Part shown: positions 1-8,433 of the stretch, piece by piece
How the letters are laid out: the number at the start of each line of letters is the position of its first letter
Position numbering within the stretch: position 1 is the stretch's first letter
From: an uncultured Candidatus Saccharibacteria bacterium
Lineage (GTDB): Bacteria > Patescibacteriota > Minisyncoccia > UBA6257 > WO2-44-18
Assembly: GCA_964361325.1 (NCBI GenBank)
Contig: CAYHZT010000002.1
Location: 1-40,707, forward strand
Length of the DNA: 40,707 nucleotides
Direction of reading: 5' to 3'
Notes under the pieces: model-generated
Databases searched by the model: none
Told to the model about the DNA's origin: nothing
The model's input: the letters and a program-made list of their open reading frames with translations, nothing else
Position numbers and translations under genes: made by a program

Positions 1-1174
1 AGTAATACTGCCGCAAAGTTTGCCAATAAGGCCGGAGCGCGCCGTCAAAACCGATTAACAATACCGGCTTGCCCAAAACGGCCGCATCAATGGCTAACGT
101 TGATGCAAATGCCACGACAACATCGCTGTGATACAACAAATCCGCCAAATGGGCATCTTCTTTAGGCGCTATGTCCGCTCCGGAAAAATGACGGCTATTA
201 GACGGCGTATCGATGGCGATTTTGCCGGGAATCGGTTTTATGTCGCCCAAATCCACCTTGCCCACTAAGTATGATCTTATTATCAACTGCGTATCATCTA
301 GCTTACTCAACTCTTTTATGACTTGCACGGATACGGGATTATGTTTCGCGTAAATATCGCTGGGCGGGGCAAAAAAAACGGTTTTCTTTTTGGGGTCAAG
401 GTTCATCCGTTTGAAAAATTCATCGCGGGGCGTTCTTAAGTCGGAAAGATAACGGTCGTAGTGAGGAATACCTGAAATAAAAATGTTTTCCGGATTAACA
501 TCGTTGTATTTAATTGCCTCTTCTTTAATTTTGGGCGTATGAACGATAAGTTTGTCGGGAATTATCCTGTTTAATCCGTGAGACGTTATGTTGTCCCAGG
601 AACGCACCATTCCGACAATAAAAATCCCAAAGTAACGAGCTTCGCGCATTACTTCAATATCGTGGTCATTAAAAACATCGGTGGCGAAAACTAAATCGGG
701 CTTGTATTTATCAAAACACTGCGCATATCGGTCTTTGGGCATCAATAGATAATCAAGGCGCCTTAATACAGAACGATAAACTCTCAAATTTCCCAATTTT
801 GCCAAAATCCAATGAATAAAAGTCTGAACATATCTGCCTTTTATTTTACGCTCCGCCAGTCGCATTACTCGCCATGAGTTGGTATCCGAAGAATGTAAAA
901 ATAACGAAAAAAACATCCTTTCCAGAAATGACCGCGAGGCGGTTTCCAGCTGGGTTCCTTCCGTGCTGAATCGGGTATTGACGAGTCGTAAACCCTCCAC
1001 AACGACATTGCCATTTTTGCCTCCAAAATACCGTTGTAAATCACCTTGTTTTTCAATAGGTGAAAGAATGACGATTCGCGCATCGGGCTGATTGGCTAAA
1101 ATTTCCAATATACTAGTTGAAAGAATGTTCCGAGCGCTTAATCCGGAAAAAGAAGTTATGAAAACGGTTCTCAT
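1..1174 (-). CDS. TagB/TagF-like (CDP-glycerol glycerophosphotransferase family) GT-B transferase; 3' end runs off the left edge; paralog of 8434..9780
   Basis: Absent from the ORF track because it has no stop inside the window. My translation from the ATG at 1174-1172 reads MRTVFITSFSGLSARNIL...MVRSWDNITSHGLNRIIPDK...GIPHYDRY...LADLLYHSDVVVAFASTLAIDAAVLGKPVLLIGFD, open down to position 2. It is roughly 45% identical by eye to the 8434..9801 protein and shares a 28-nt identical block (123-150 vs 8768-8795). The family call rests on the C-terminal GT-B pattern typical of Glyphos_transf proteins, without an HMM check. Confidence 0.6.
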   Translation of the reverse strand, partial: MRTVFITSFSGLSARNILSTSILEILANQPDARIVILSPIEKQGDLQRYFGGKNGNVVVEGLRLVNTRFSTEGTQLETASRSFLERMFFSLFLHSSDTNSWRVMRLAERKIKGRYVQTFIHWILAKLGNLRVYRSVLRRLDYLLMPKDRYAQCFDKYKPDLVFATDVFNDHDIEVMREARYFGIFIVGMVRSWDNITSHGLNRIIPDKLIVHTPKIKEEAIKYNDVNPENIFISGIPHYDRYLSDLRTPRDEFFKRMNLDPKKKTVFFAPPSDIYAKHNPVSVQVIKELSKLDDTQLIIRSYLVGKVDLGDIKPIPGKIAIDTPSNSRHFSGADIAPKEDAHLADLLYHSDVVVAFASTLAIDAAVLGKPVLLIGFDGALRPYWQTLRQYY

Positions 1175-1195
1175 ATGCCTTAATAAAACTTACTT

Positions 1196-1225
1196 TTGGC
1201 GTAAAAAGTTATACTATAATATAAT
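1196..1225 (+). promoter_or_regulatory. candidate sigma70-like promoter (TTGGCG-N18-TATAAT) in the divergent gap
   Basis: TTGGCG at 1196-1201 and TATAAT at 1220-1225, about 20 nt upstream of the ATG at 1246. Hexamer match only. Confidence 0.25.
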
Positions 1226-1245
1226 ATTGTGTACGACCCAAACTA

Positions 1246-1998
1246 ATGAAATATTACACCGCCGAAGAACTTAAAACCACTAACAAAGAGGGAGCTCACG
1301 ACATTCTCGACGAATGTGAAGGACATCTCGTGAAACTCAATTTCGGCATTGAGGTCTTCGAGGTCTGGCATAAAAAATTATTCAACGGCGATAAACAGGT
1401 AAAAATTCTGGACCTTGGAACCGGAAGCGGCGGGTTCGCGCGCCAATTGGCCGGGATAAACTGCGCCGGCAACCTTTACGGCACGGACATTGACGACTAT
1501 CGCAAAAATGAAATTAAGCCTCTTTATAAAGAATTCAAAGCGGCAGATTTGAGCTGGGATTCTCTTCCGTGGCCGGATAATACTTTTGATGTCGTAACCG
1601 CCTGGTGTATTCTACCGCATCTGGAAAATCCTTTTTATTGCGTCCGCGAGGTCAATAGGGTTCTGAAAAAAAACGGCGTTTTCATTTTCTCGGTGCCCCA
1701 CCTCGCCTCCAAATCCTCAACTGACTATTTCCAAAAAAACGGGAATTTCCCGCATTATCGCCAAACCAATAATCACATCTCTCTATTCCCTGAAGCGGTA
1801 GTCAAAAGCACTATTTTAAAAAACTTTGATTTAGTGGACACCGAATACGCCGTAAGACCGAAAAATTTTCAAAGAAGCATCAAAAATAAAATCCGGGCAG
1901 TGATTTATTCTCTGATTAACAAATATTGGCCAAGAGCCGGCAAAGCGTTGCGACACCGCTGGGCTTATGACGTTATTTATACGATCAGAAAAAAATAA
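1246..1998 (+). CDS. class I SAM-dependent methyltransferase (paralog set A)
   Basis: 250-aa ORF. Motif I is ILDLGTGSGGF and the post-motif is FDVVTAWCILPHLENP. It shares the N-terminal M-K-Y-Y-T-A-E-E-L-K and NNHISLFP motifs with 1998..2693 and 13029..13739. Confidence 0.85.
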   Translation: MKYYTAEELKTTNKEGAHDILDECEGHLVKLNFGIEVFEVWHKKLFNGDKQVKILDLGTGSGGFARQLAGINCAGNLYGTDIDDYRKNEIKPLYKEFKAADLSWDSLPWPDNTFDVVTAWCILPHLENPFYCVREVNRVLKKNGVFIFSVPHLASKSSTDYFQKNGNFPHYRQTNNHISLFPEAVVKSTILKNFDLVDTEYAVRPKNFQRSIKNKIRAVIYSLINKYWPRAGKALRHRWAYDVIYTIRKK

Positions 1999-2693
1999 TG
2001 GAATATTTTAGCACGGAAGAAACAAAAGGCAATAACGAAGCGCGCAAACGTTTGACGGCCTATGTTTCTCAATCCATTAAGCATAATTTCCCTCTTCAGG
2101 TACTCTCCCGATATCAACCCGACAAAAACGCGAAAATTTTAGATGCCGGAACGGCCAGCGGCGCCTTTCTTCAACAATTACACGAGGCCGGCTACGCCAA
2201 TCTGTATGGCGTGGACCTGGAAAATTATATGTCAGTCAAAATTCCGCTTAAAGATTTTAAAACGGCTGATTTCAACATAGACGCGCTTCCATTTGCCGAT
2301 AACAGCTTTGACGCAATCACGGCGTGGTGCGTAATCGCGCACTTGGAAAATCCCTATCATTTCGTAAGAGAGGCGCACAGAATTCTTAAAAAAGGAGGTT
2401 TATTAATTATGACACTGCCTCATATCGGATCGGCGTCAGAACGATTGTCTTTTCACAAAAATGGGGAATTTATCGCGTACAAGCCCAACAATAATCACAT
2501 AACCATTTGGACTTCATCGCTCGTAAAAAAGACAACGTCAAAATACTTTGATTTTTGGGGAGAGGAATATTTGTTGAAAAATAAAATTTTTAAAGGCCTC
2601 AAAGGAAAACTTCGAAAATGGTATTCCGAACGGAATCCGTCTATCGCCCGCAAGTGGGGCTCCAAAATCGCTTACGTTTTAAAAAATAAATAA
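1998..2693 (+). CDS. class I SAM-dependent methyltransferase (paralog set A)
   Basis: 231-aa ORF. Motifs ILDAGTASGAF, FDAITAWCVIAHLENP and NNHITIW. Its start overlaps the upstream stop (TAATG). Confidence 0.85.
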   Translation: MEYFSTEETKGNNEARKRLTAYVSQSIKHNFPLQVLSRYQPDKNAKILDAGTASGAFLQQLHEAGYANLYGVDLENYMSVKIPLKDFKTADFNIDALPFADNSFDAITAWCVIAHLENPYHFVREAHRILKKGGLLIMTLPHIGSASERLSFHKNGEFIAYKPNNNHITIWTSSLVKKTTSKYFDFWGEEYLLKNKIFKGLKGKLRKWYSERNPSIARKWGSKIAYVLKNK

Positions 2694-2715
2694 AAAGAAC
2701 CCAGTTAAGGGTTCT
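2681..2715 (-). terminator. intrinsic terminator at the end of the long minus-strand glycan operon (also sits between convergent genes)
   Basis: On the minus strand it reads AGAACCC-TTAACT-GGGTTCT followed by TTTTTATTTATTTTTT. The 7-bp stem is 2696-2702 / 2709-2715. The 5' arm includes the last codons and stop of the radical SAM gene. Confidence 0.6.
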
Positions 2716-4759
2716 GTTCGGTCAGTTCGGTAATAGTTCGGTAAATCTTACTGACATGAATCTTGCTCAAAATCCGGGAGATACCCGCAACGTCCCTGCC
2801 GTATACGCCAAGCGCGCCTTCAATAATTTTCTTTTGCTCATCGGTATGGGAAAAGGAAAATACTACGCCTTTTGACTTACTAAAGCTGTCGGGCAAAGAT
2901 TTGAAGTCCAGACTCTCCAACGCTTTAAGGTCATAATGGAAAGCGGCGGTAAAGATATGCGATGTGTTAAACAAATCAAATTTTCTCAATTCGCTGTATT
3001 GTCGCAGCTCTTTCAGGTAATCAGAATATTTTTCCAGCACCTCGGGTGATTTACTTTCTAGCAGCGCTTGGGAGCAATCGTACGCTACCCCGATAACTTC
3101 TTTAATCACATTGCGAAGAGTCAAGGCTTTATATCCAAAAATCAGGTTTTTGCCTAATTCTCCGGAAATGTATTTTTCTATCGTCTCGTTCTGCTTCACA
3201 AAACGCTCCAAATCTTCTCGGGAAGGCCATAGCTCATCACGCGTTTCTTCGTGAAATTGGCGATAGAGCTGTTTCAGCGCTTCGGGAAAAAGATGGCGCT
3301 GATTATGAATGTGCAGCAGCCAATCAAAAGCGGAAATATTAAAGAGATTCAAAAATTCAACCAGTTCGGACGCAACGCTGTCATTGTAAAAGATTTCCAC
3401 GGTGAGATGAAAAAGCCGACACTCCAAATAGTCCTCAAAAGACATATCTTTAGTGGCCACGCACACTTCCTCAATCTCTGCGCTCATCACCGGATCTTCG
3501 CCGCCAAATTGGTAAGTTCCAAAACAGCGCGGCAACACTCGATAACGGGCCAACATCTTATACTTATCGCGGTTGGCGGGGGATGTCATATCAGTGCCGG
3601 CCAGCAACATTAGCGTGTAAAGTCTGACCCAATTAAATTTTGCGTTCACCACGGCTTCAATTGTCTTGAAGTGAGTTTCTTTGCTTTCTCCCGGCAGAGG
3701 AATAATGATTTCGGAATAAGTGTTACTGCCCAATTCTTTGGCTTTGATGGCTAATTTCATCAGCTGGTCTGCTGAAATATTTTTCCTTTTAATGTTCTCC
3801 AACACGCTGTCTGTCAGCGACTGAACAGACCCGGCCAATCTCAATGCTTTATTCACGGTCTTCGCGACCCTCAAAACTCGCTCTCCTTGGTTCTTACCTG
3901 TGCTGGTGTGAAGATATTTGGGCCAACCATACTGTTTTTGCACCTTCGCAATCGCATTGGCAACTTCTTCGTCTTCTTTATACATTCCAAAATTTGAATC
4001 GGCGATATGCAAGTCAACAATATTTGGATGTTTTCGCTGAGCAATATAACAAAGTTCGTCGTAAATCACGGAAATCGAACGCCGACTCACTTTGTTGTAG
4101 TACAATTGACCTTCGATACAGAACGTACAGGAAAACGGACAACCGCGGCTTGCTTGAATAATCGGAACCAATTTATCATCAAAAAAATCATCCATTTCGC
4201 CGCTAAGATACGGCGACGGCACATCATCCAAATTTTTAATTCTATCGACAGTCGGGCCGGCAACAAATTTGCCATCCAAAAGATAATGACAGCCTGCCGG
4301 CCTTGCCAGCTTCACCGCATTAACTTCAAAATTGTGATCCGCCAAACATTGGAGGAGTTCAGAAAGCGCAATTTCGCCTTCTTTGTATACGCAAAAATCA
4401 ATCAGAGGATATTCCTCTAAAAACCGCTGCTGTTCTTGGGCGTCAGTAGGATAGTTGGGTCCGCCGGCGATCAAAATTAAACCGGGGTTCCTTTTTTTGA
4501 TGCGCGCGGCAATGTTATAGCTTAAATCCAAATTCCAGACGTAATTGCTAAGGCAAAGAATGTCGGGAACTTCATCCAGAACTGCCGAAATAAGCTTTTC
4601 CGGATATTTGAATATCTTGAACTGAAAAACAGACTGATTCCCAAATTTTGCTTTAGCATAAGTAACTAAGCCCCCAACCGCATAAGGTATGGTGTTAGAA
4701 GCAATGGTTTGCGATGTGTGAGTCAAGTCGCTTACGTAAACCTTGACAGTCATTTTCAC
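2705..4759 (-). CDS. B12-binding domain radical SAM protein (class B type) with a long C-terminal extension
   Basis: 684 aa. CxxxCxxC cluster motif in ASRGCPFSCTFC. The N-terminal Rossmann-like segment (ILCLSNYVWNL...LILIAGGPNYP) is typical of the cobalamin-binding domain. About 250 aa after the SAM core match no family I recognise. GAGGTG Shine-Dalgarno just upstream of the ATG. Confidence 0.85.
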   Translation of the reverse strand: MKMTVKVYVSDLTHTSQTIASNTIPYAVGGLVTYAKAKFGNQSVFQFKIFKYPEKLISAVLDEVPDILCLSNYVWNLDLSYNIAARIKKRNPGLILIAGGPNYPTDAQEQQRFLEEYPLIDFCVYKEGEIALSELLQCLADHNFEVNAVKLARPAGCHYLLDGKFVAGPTVDRIKNLDDVPSPYLSGEMDDFFDDKLVPIIQASRGCPFSCTFCIEGQLYYNKVSRRSISVIYDELCYIAQRKHPNIVDLHIADSNFGMYKEDEEVANAIAKVQKQYGWPKYLHTSTGKNQGERVLRVAKTVNKALRLAGSVQSLTDSVLENIKRKNISADQLMKLAIKAKELGSNTYSEIIIPLPGESKETHFKTIEAVVNAKFNWVRLYTLMLLAGTDMTSPANRDKYKMLARYRVLPRCFGTYQFGGEDPVMSAEIEEVCVATKDMSFEDYLECRLFHLTVEIFYNDSVASELVEFLNLFNISAFDWLLHIHNQRHLFPEALKQLYRQFHEETRDELWPSREDLERFVKQNETIEKYISGELGKNLIFGYKALTLRNVIKEVIGVAYDCSQALLESKSPEVLEKYSDYLKELRQYSELRKFDLFNTSHIFTAAFHYDLKALESLDFKSLPDSFSKSKGVVFSFSHTDEQKKIIEGALGVYGRDVAGISRILSKIHVSKIYRTITELTEQNP

Positions 4760-4835
4760 CTCGTTTCGGTTATATCAAAAAACTATGTCTATGATTACAT
4801 CTCGCTTGACTACAAGTCAAGAAAATCCGCGCAGC

Positions 4836-5744
4836 TTATTTTGATTTAAAAAAATTGTCGTATTCGCCCATTGAAAGCAGTAAATCGTCGTCGCTAAGCG
4901 ATACTCTTCGGCTATTGTATATAACTCCGTAACGGAAACCGGCACTCTTTAAAACGTCCAACGAATGGCTGTCACAATCCCCAAACGGATAAGAAAACGC
5001 CTCTACTTTGTCATTTATCATGCTTTCAACTATATCTTTTGCCCTTACGATATCCTCTTTTTGCTCTTTAGAAGTTAAAGATTTCAAAGAAGTATGATTA
5101 TAGCTATGAACGCCGATGCCCATCCCCGCTTTATGCATTTCTCTTAATTGCTCCGGTTGCATGAAAAATTTTTTACAAAACCCTTTTTCGTCTTTAATGA
5201 TTGTGCCGAACAAGGAATCCGCAAAGCCTTCTTTTACGCTCAATGGCAGTTCAGCAATGATTTGCTTGAGGTTGGCGGTAATAACGTCGTCTTTAAGTCG
5301 AAACTCGGTATTAATCCTATGATCCATTGGTACTTTAAAATTCGGGAATGAGGCACTGGATTTCTCGTTAATGTAGTTTTCCAAACTAATAGCAATTTTT
5401 TTGCCGTCCATTACTGAAAATACTACGTGCATCTTTATAGTAACCGGGGCTTTCCCGTCAAATACCGAAGCGATTGGGAAGAAAAATGCCGAAATACCGC
5501 GCGCTATTAAGTCAGGAAATGCGTTTTCGTAGTGATCCGTAATGCCGTCATCAAAAACAAGACTGCAATATTTTTCTATGTCTTTCTTTTCTCTTTTGAG
5601 CGCCACTAATTCTTCGAGACGTACAATTTGATAATTATTTTTTAGAAAATCCAAATGCCCCCGAAACGCGTCACGGCTGTATCCCGGCAGTTTAAAAGCG
5701 TCCTTTCCATTATCCCGTATATAGTGATAGTCGATTATTGGCAT
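4836..5744 (-). CDS. polysaccharide deacetylase (NodB homology domain) family protein
   Basis: 302 aa. NodB motifs VFDDGITDHY (Asp-Asp) and GVHSYNHTSL (His-x-x-x-His). Confidence 0.8.
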   Translation of the reverse strand: MPIIDYHYIRDNGKDAFKLPGYSRDAFRGHLDFLKNNYQIVRLEELVALKREKKDIEKYCSLVFDDGITDHYENAFPDLIARGISAFFFPIASVFDGKAPVTIKMHVVFSVMDGKKIAISLENYINEKSSASFPNFKVPMDHRINTEFRLKDDVITANLKQIIAELPLSVKEGFADSLFGTIIKDEKGFCKKFFMQPEQLREMHKAGMGIGVHSYNHTSLKSLTSKEQKEDIVRAKDIVESMINDKVEAFSYPFGDCDSHSLDVLKSAGFRYGVIYNSRRVSLSDDDLLLSMGEYDNFFKSK

Positions 5745-5767
5745 ATTCTCGTCGCGATATTGCGCAA

Positions 5768-6124
5768 CTACCCGCGAATTACTACATCCACCAGCACATT
5801 TTTCTCATCAACTACCGGAACAACATTAACTTCCCAATGTTCAAGAAAAAATTTTTCGGGATTCTTCAGGGTCTCGATATCCCGGCTGGATATAGTAATA
5901 GCGTTATAATTTAAAGCTTGGCTTACCGGCGTAGTCTGCATAACAGCTCCTTTCAATAGAGCTCGTCTTATCATTCCATCGGTAACAACGCCGACAACAT
6001 GCAGACTATCATCAACAACCACTGCCGAACCTCTGTGATTCGCGGTAATAACCTCCATCGCCTCCTTTAATGAGGAAGTGGCCTGAATTATATAACCGGA
6101 ATTTTTATCGTTTACTTGATTCAT
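5768..6124 (-). CDS. CBS-pair domain protein
   Basis: 118 aa. Two CBS-like halves (AVVVDDSLHVVGVVTDGMIRRALLKG and VVPVVDEKNVLVDVVIRG). No catalytic domain attached. Confidence 0.8.
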   Translation of the reverse strand: MNQVNDKNSGYIIQATSSLKEAMEVITANHRGSAVVVDDSLHVVGVVTDGMIRRALLKGAVMQTTPVSQALNYNAITISSRDIETLKNPEKFFLEHWEVNVVPVVDEKNVLVDVVIRG

Positions 6125-6130
6125 ATCAAT

Positions 6131-7294
6131 TTAATAGGTTAAGCGCTTTACTAATAATTTGTCATTAATCGTTGTTCTTGCCAAGATGTCCAAAATTCTC
6201 TTTGAGGATTTGCCGTCGCCATACAGACTCACGGCCTTATCGGCCTGTTTTTTAAAGGCCGGTGAAATAGCTCTCTGGATCGCTGATTTAATTTCAGCCG
6301 CGTTATGAGCGACGTTAATAACATTATCGCTCTGCACTCTTCCTTTTTGGCGATTGCCGATATTAACCACCGGGAGCTTGAAAAGCGGCGCCTCGATTAT
6401 TCCCGAAGACGAATTGCCAACCAGAACCGAAACCGCTTTCATCAAACCGGCGTAGTCGGCACGGGTAACGTTTTCAAAAACTTTCATCTTAGGAGTGCGG
6501 TATTTCAAGATAGTTGATCTGATTGTATTGCTACCGGCATCGGAATTATTCAAAATAACGACGGTTTGATAGCCCAATTCGGTTACGGCTTTCATCGTTT
6601 CGGTCATCTGCTTTTCGGCATGCTCGCATTCTTCCGTTACCGAGTGCTGAACCAATAAAATAGCCGGCTCGTTCTTTTTGATGCCATATTGTTTTTGTAT
6701 CTTCTCTTTTGGACTGATCAGGCCGGCAGTTAATTCATCCAACTGCGGCGCGCCAACGTTAAATACCCTGAACGGTTCCTCTCCCATTTTTAAGACTCTT
6801 TGAGTAGCGTCTTCATTGGAACTAAAATGAATATTGGCCAATTTTGTTATGGCATGCCTGATGACGCCATCGATATTCCCCGACAGTTCGCCGGCTTGAA
6901 TGTGAACTACGGGAATGTACATATGTGCGCCCACGATAGCCGCAATAAATTGCTCGCCGCGATCACCCGCAACCAATATAAAGTCGGGATTTATTCGTTC
7001 AATGACCGTGGGGAATTCCATCATGGCGATACCAAGAGACTTCACCATAGTCAACCGGCTATAACCGTCCAGAGTATTGTAAACAACCCCCCCGATTTTT
7101 AATCCGTCCTTTTTCATTTCTTCAATACTCAAACCGAATGTATTCAGAGGATGCATATTGCAAACCACCAATTCATAATCAAAATCCCTCCTCTTCTCAA
7201 TCTCCCTGATAATAGGACGGAAATAGCCGTACTCTCCTCGAGAACCGGCTATAATCAGTATTTTTTTTGGTTTTTTTGCTTTAAAAATAGGCAT
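6131..7294 (-). CDS. neuC: UDP-N-acetylglucosamine 2-epimerase (hydrolysing), NeuC family
   Basis: GDRGEQFIAAIVGAHMYIPVVHIQAGELSGNIDGVIRHAITKLANIHF and MGEEPFRVFNVGAPQLDEL match the NeuC signature. The track ORF starts at a GTG at 7324. I prefer the ATG at 7294 (MPIFKAKKPKKILIIAGSRGEYG), 12 nt after the neuB stop. Confidence 0.85.
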   Translation of the reverse strand: MPIFKAKKPKKILIIAGSRGEYGYFRPIIREIEKRRDFDYELVVCNMHPLNTFGLSIEEMKKDGLKIGGVVYNTLDGYSRLTMVKSLGIAMMEFPTVIERINPDFILVAGDRGEQFIAAIVGAHMYIPVVHIQAGELSGNIDGVIRHAITKLANIHFSSNEDATQRVLKMGEEPFRVFNVGAPQLDELTAGLISPKEKIQKQYGIKKNEPAILLVQHSVTEECEHAEKQMTETMKAVTELGYQTVVILNNSDAGSNTIRSTILKYRTPKMKVFENVTRADYAGLMKAVSVLVGNSSSGIIEAPLFKLPVVNIGNRQKGRVQSDNVINVAHNAAEIKSAIQRAISPAFKKQADKAVSLYGDGKSSKRILDILARTTINDKLLVKRLTY

Positions 7295-7305
7295 TGATAA
7301 TAACA

Positions 7306-8364
7306 CTACACTATATCCGACCACTGTAAAATCGTACTCTTGGGTAAATTACGTTTGGCTATTTTTCCTAAAATCTTAGCCGAATAAAGCGGATCAAGAT
7401 ATTTTGCCGGAATACCCCTGCCGGGACGAGCCGGTCGAACGTTATCCAAGGTAATTTTCTCGCCTGCCTTTATATTTCGGTCGGCGACCACGCTATGAAA
7501 GGCCCAATCTCTAACTACACGCTCCGCATCGGAAATTCCTTTTTCAGCTCTTAGGGCGGCCTCGATTTTTCTTACGCCATTAACCAAGTCTTTGAGCATT
7601 AGCGGCTCAAGAGAAATAAAATGGTCCGGCCCCTTTTGTTTGCGGGATAATGTAAAATGTTTTTCAACCGCCTTGGCCCCCAACGCAATAGCCGCGTAAG
7701 CGGTGTAATTATCCATTGTATGATCCGATTGGCCCGTCAAAACTCCGAATTCTTTTTGCATCTTTGGTATCAGCCCAAGATTTATATGCTCGTACTTTGG
7801 CGGGTATTCCGAAGTGCAATTCATGAGCATAAAATTAGATCCTTCGTCTTTGTGAATTCTTACCGTTTCGGCAATCTCTTTCCACGTGCTCATTCCGGTG
7901 GAAATGATTACCGGCTTTCCTGTTTTTGCGGAGATTTTGGCCAATTTTCTTTGCATCGGCAAATTAGTCAGTTCGCCGGAACCGGTCTTGAAACCTTTAA
8001 CGCCCAGTTCGTTTAAAACATCAACTGCCGCTGGACAAAAAGGAGTACAAAGATATTCAATGCCTAATTTCTCGCAATACTTCATTATTTCCTTATGCAT
8101 TTTAGGGGTAAAAAGATTGCGCTTTAAGATATTGTAAAGCGGCCCATCCCACATTTGGATTGAGCCCGGAACCATTTCCACATCCGGCAAATGGAGCTGG
8201 AATTTAGCGACGTCAGCGCCCGCCTTCTTTGCTTCTTGAACAAGCCTTTTGGCAGTCTTAAGACTGCCGTTGTGCGAATCGGCTATTTCAGCGATTATAA
8301 CCGCCGGTTTATTCTCTCCTATTTTTAGTTTTCCAAGCTTGATGTTTTTTATAATCTTAGCCAT
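7306..8364 (-). CDS. neuB: N-acetylneuraminate (nonulosonate) synthase, NeuB family with C-terminal SAF domain
   Basis: IIAEIADSHNGSLKTAKRLVQEAKKAGADVAKFQ and GQSDHT motifs. C-terminal SAF-like NIKAGEKITLDNVRPARPGRGI. The track start at 8385 is a TTG; the ATG at 8364 (MAKIIKNIKLG) is more likely. Confidence 0.85.
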   Translation of the reverse strand: MAKIIKNIKLGKLKIGENKPAVIIAEIADSHNGSLKTAKRLVQEAKKAGADVAKFQLHLPDVEMVPGSIQMWDGPLYNILKRNLFTPKMHKEIMKYCEKLGIEYLCTPFCPAAVDVLNELGVKGFKTGSGELTNLPMQRKLAKISAKTGKPVIISTGMSTWKEIAETVRIHKDEGSNFMLMNCTSEYPPKYEHINLGLIPKMQKEFGVLTGQSDHTMDNYTAYAAIALGAKAVEKHFTLSRKQKGPDHFISLEPLMLKDLVNGVRKIEAALRAEKGISDAERVVRDWAFHSVVADRNIKAGEKITLDNVRPARPGRGIPAKYLDPLYSAKILGKIAKRNLPKSTILQWSDIV

Positions 8365-8433
8365 AAACAAACCAATTTTTGCCAAGCTATCAACGTTAGT
8401 ATATTTATAACCAAAAATAAGCTAGGAACGTTT

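Noticed and set aside
865-1274. Track ORFs 865..1083(-), 879..1091(+) and 1092..1274(+)
   Set aside because: They lie inside or across the long edge-truncated TagF-like reading frame (1..1174, minus), which has a clear paralog at 8434..9780. The short ORFs are in other frames and match no family.
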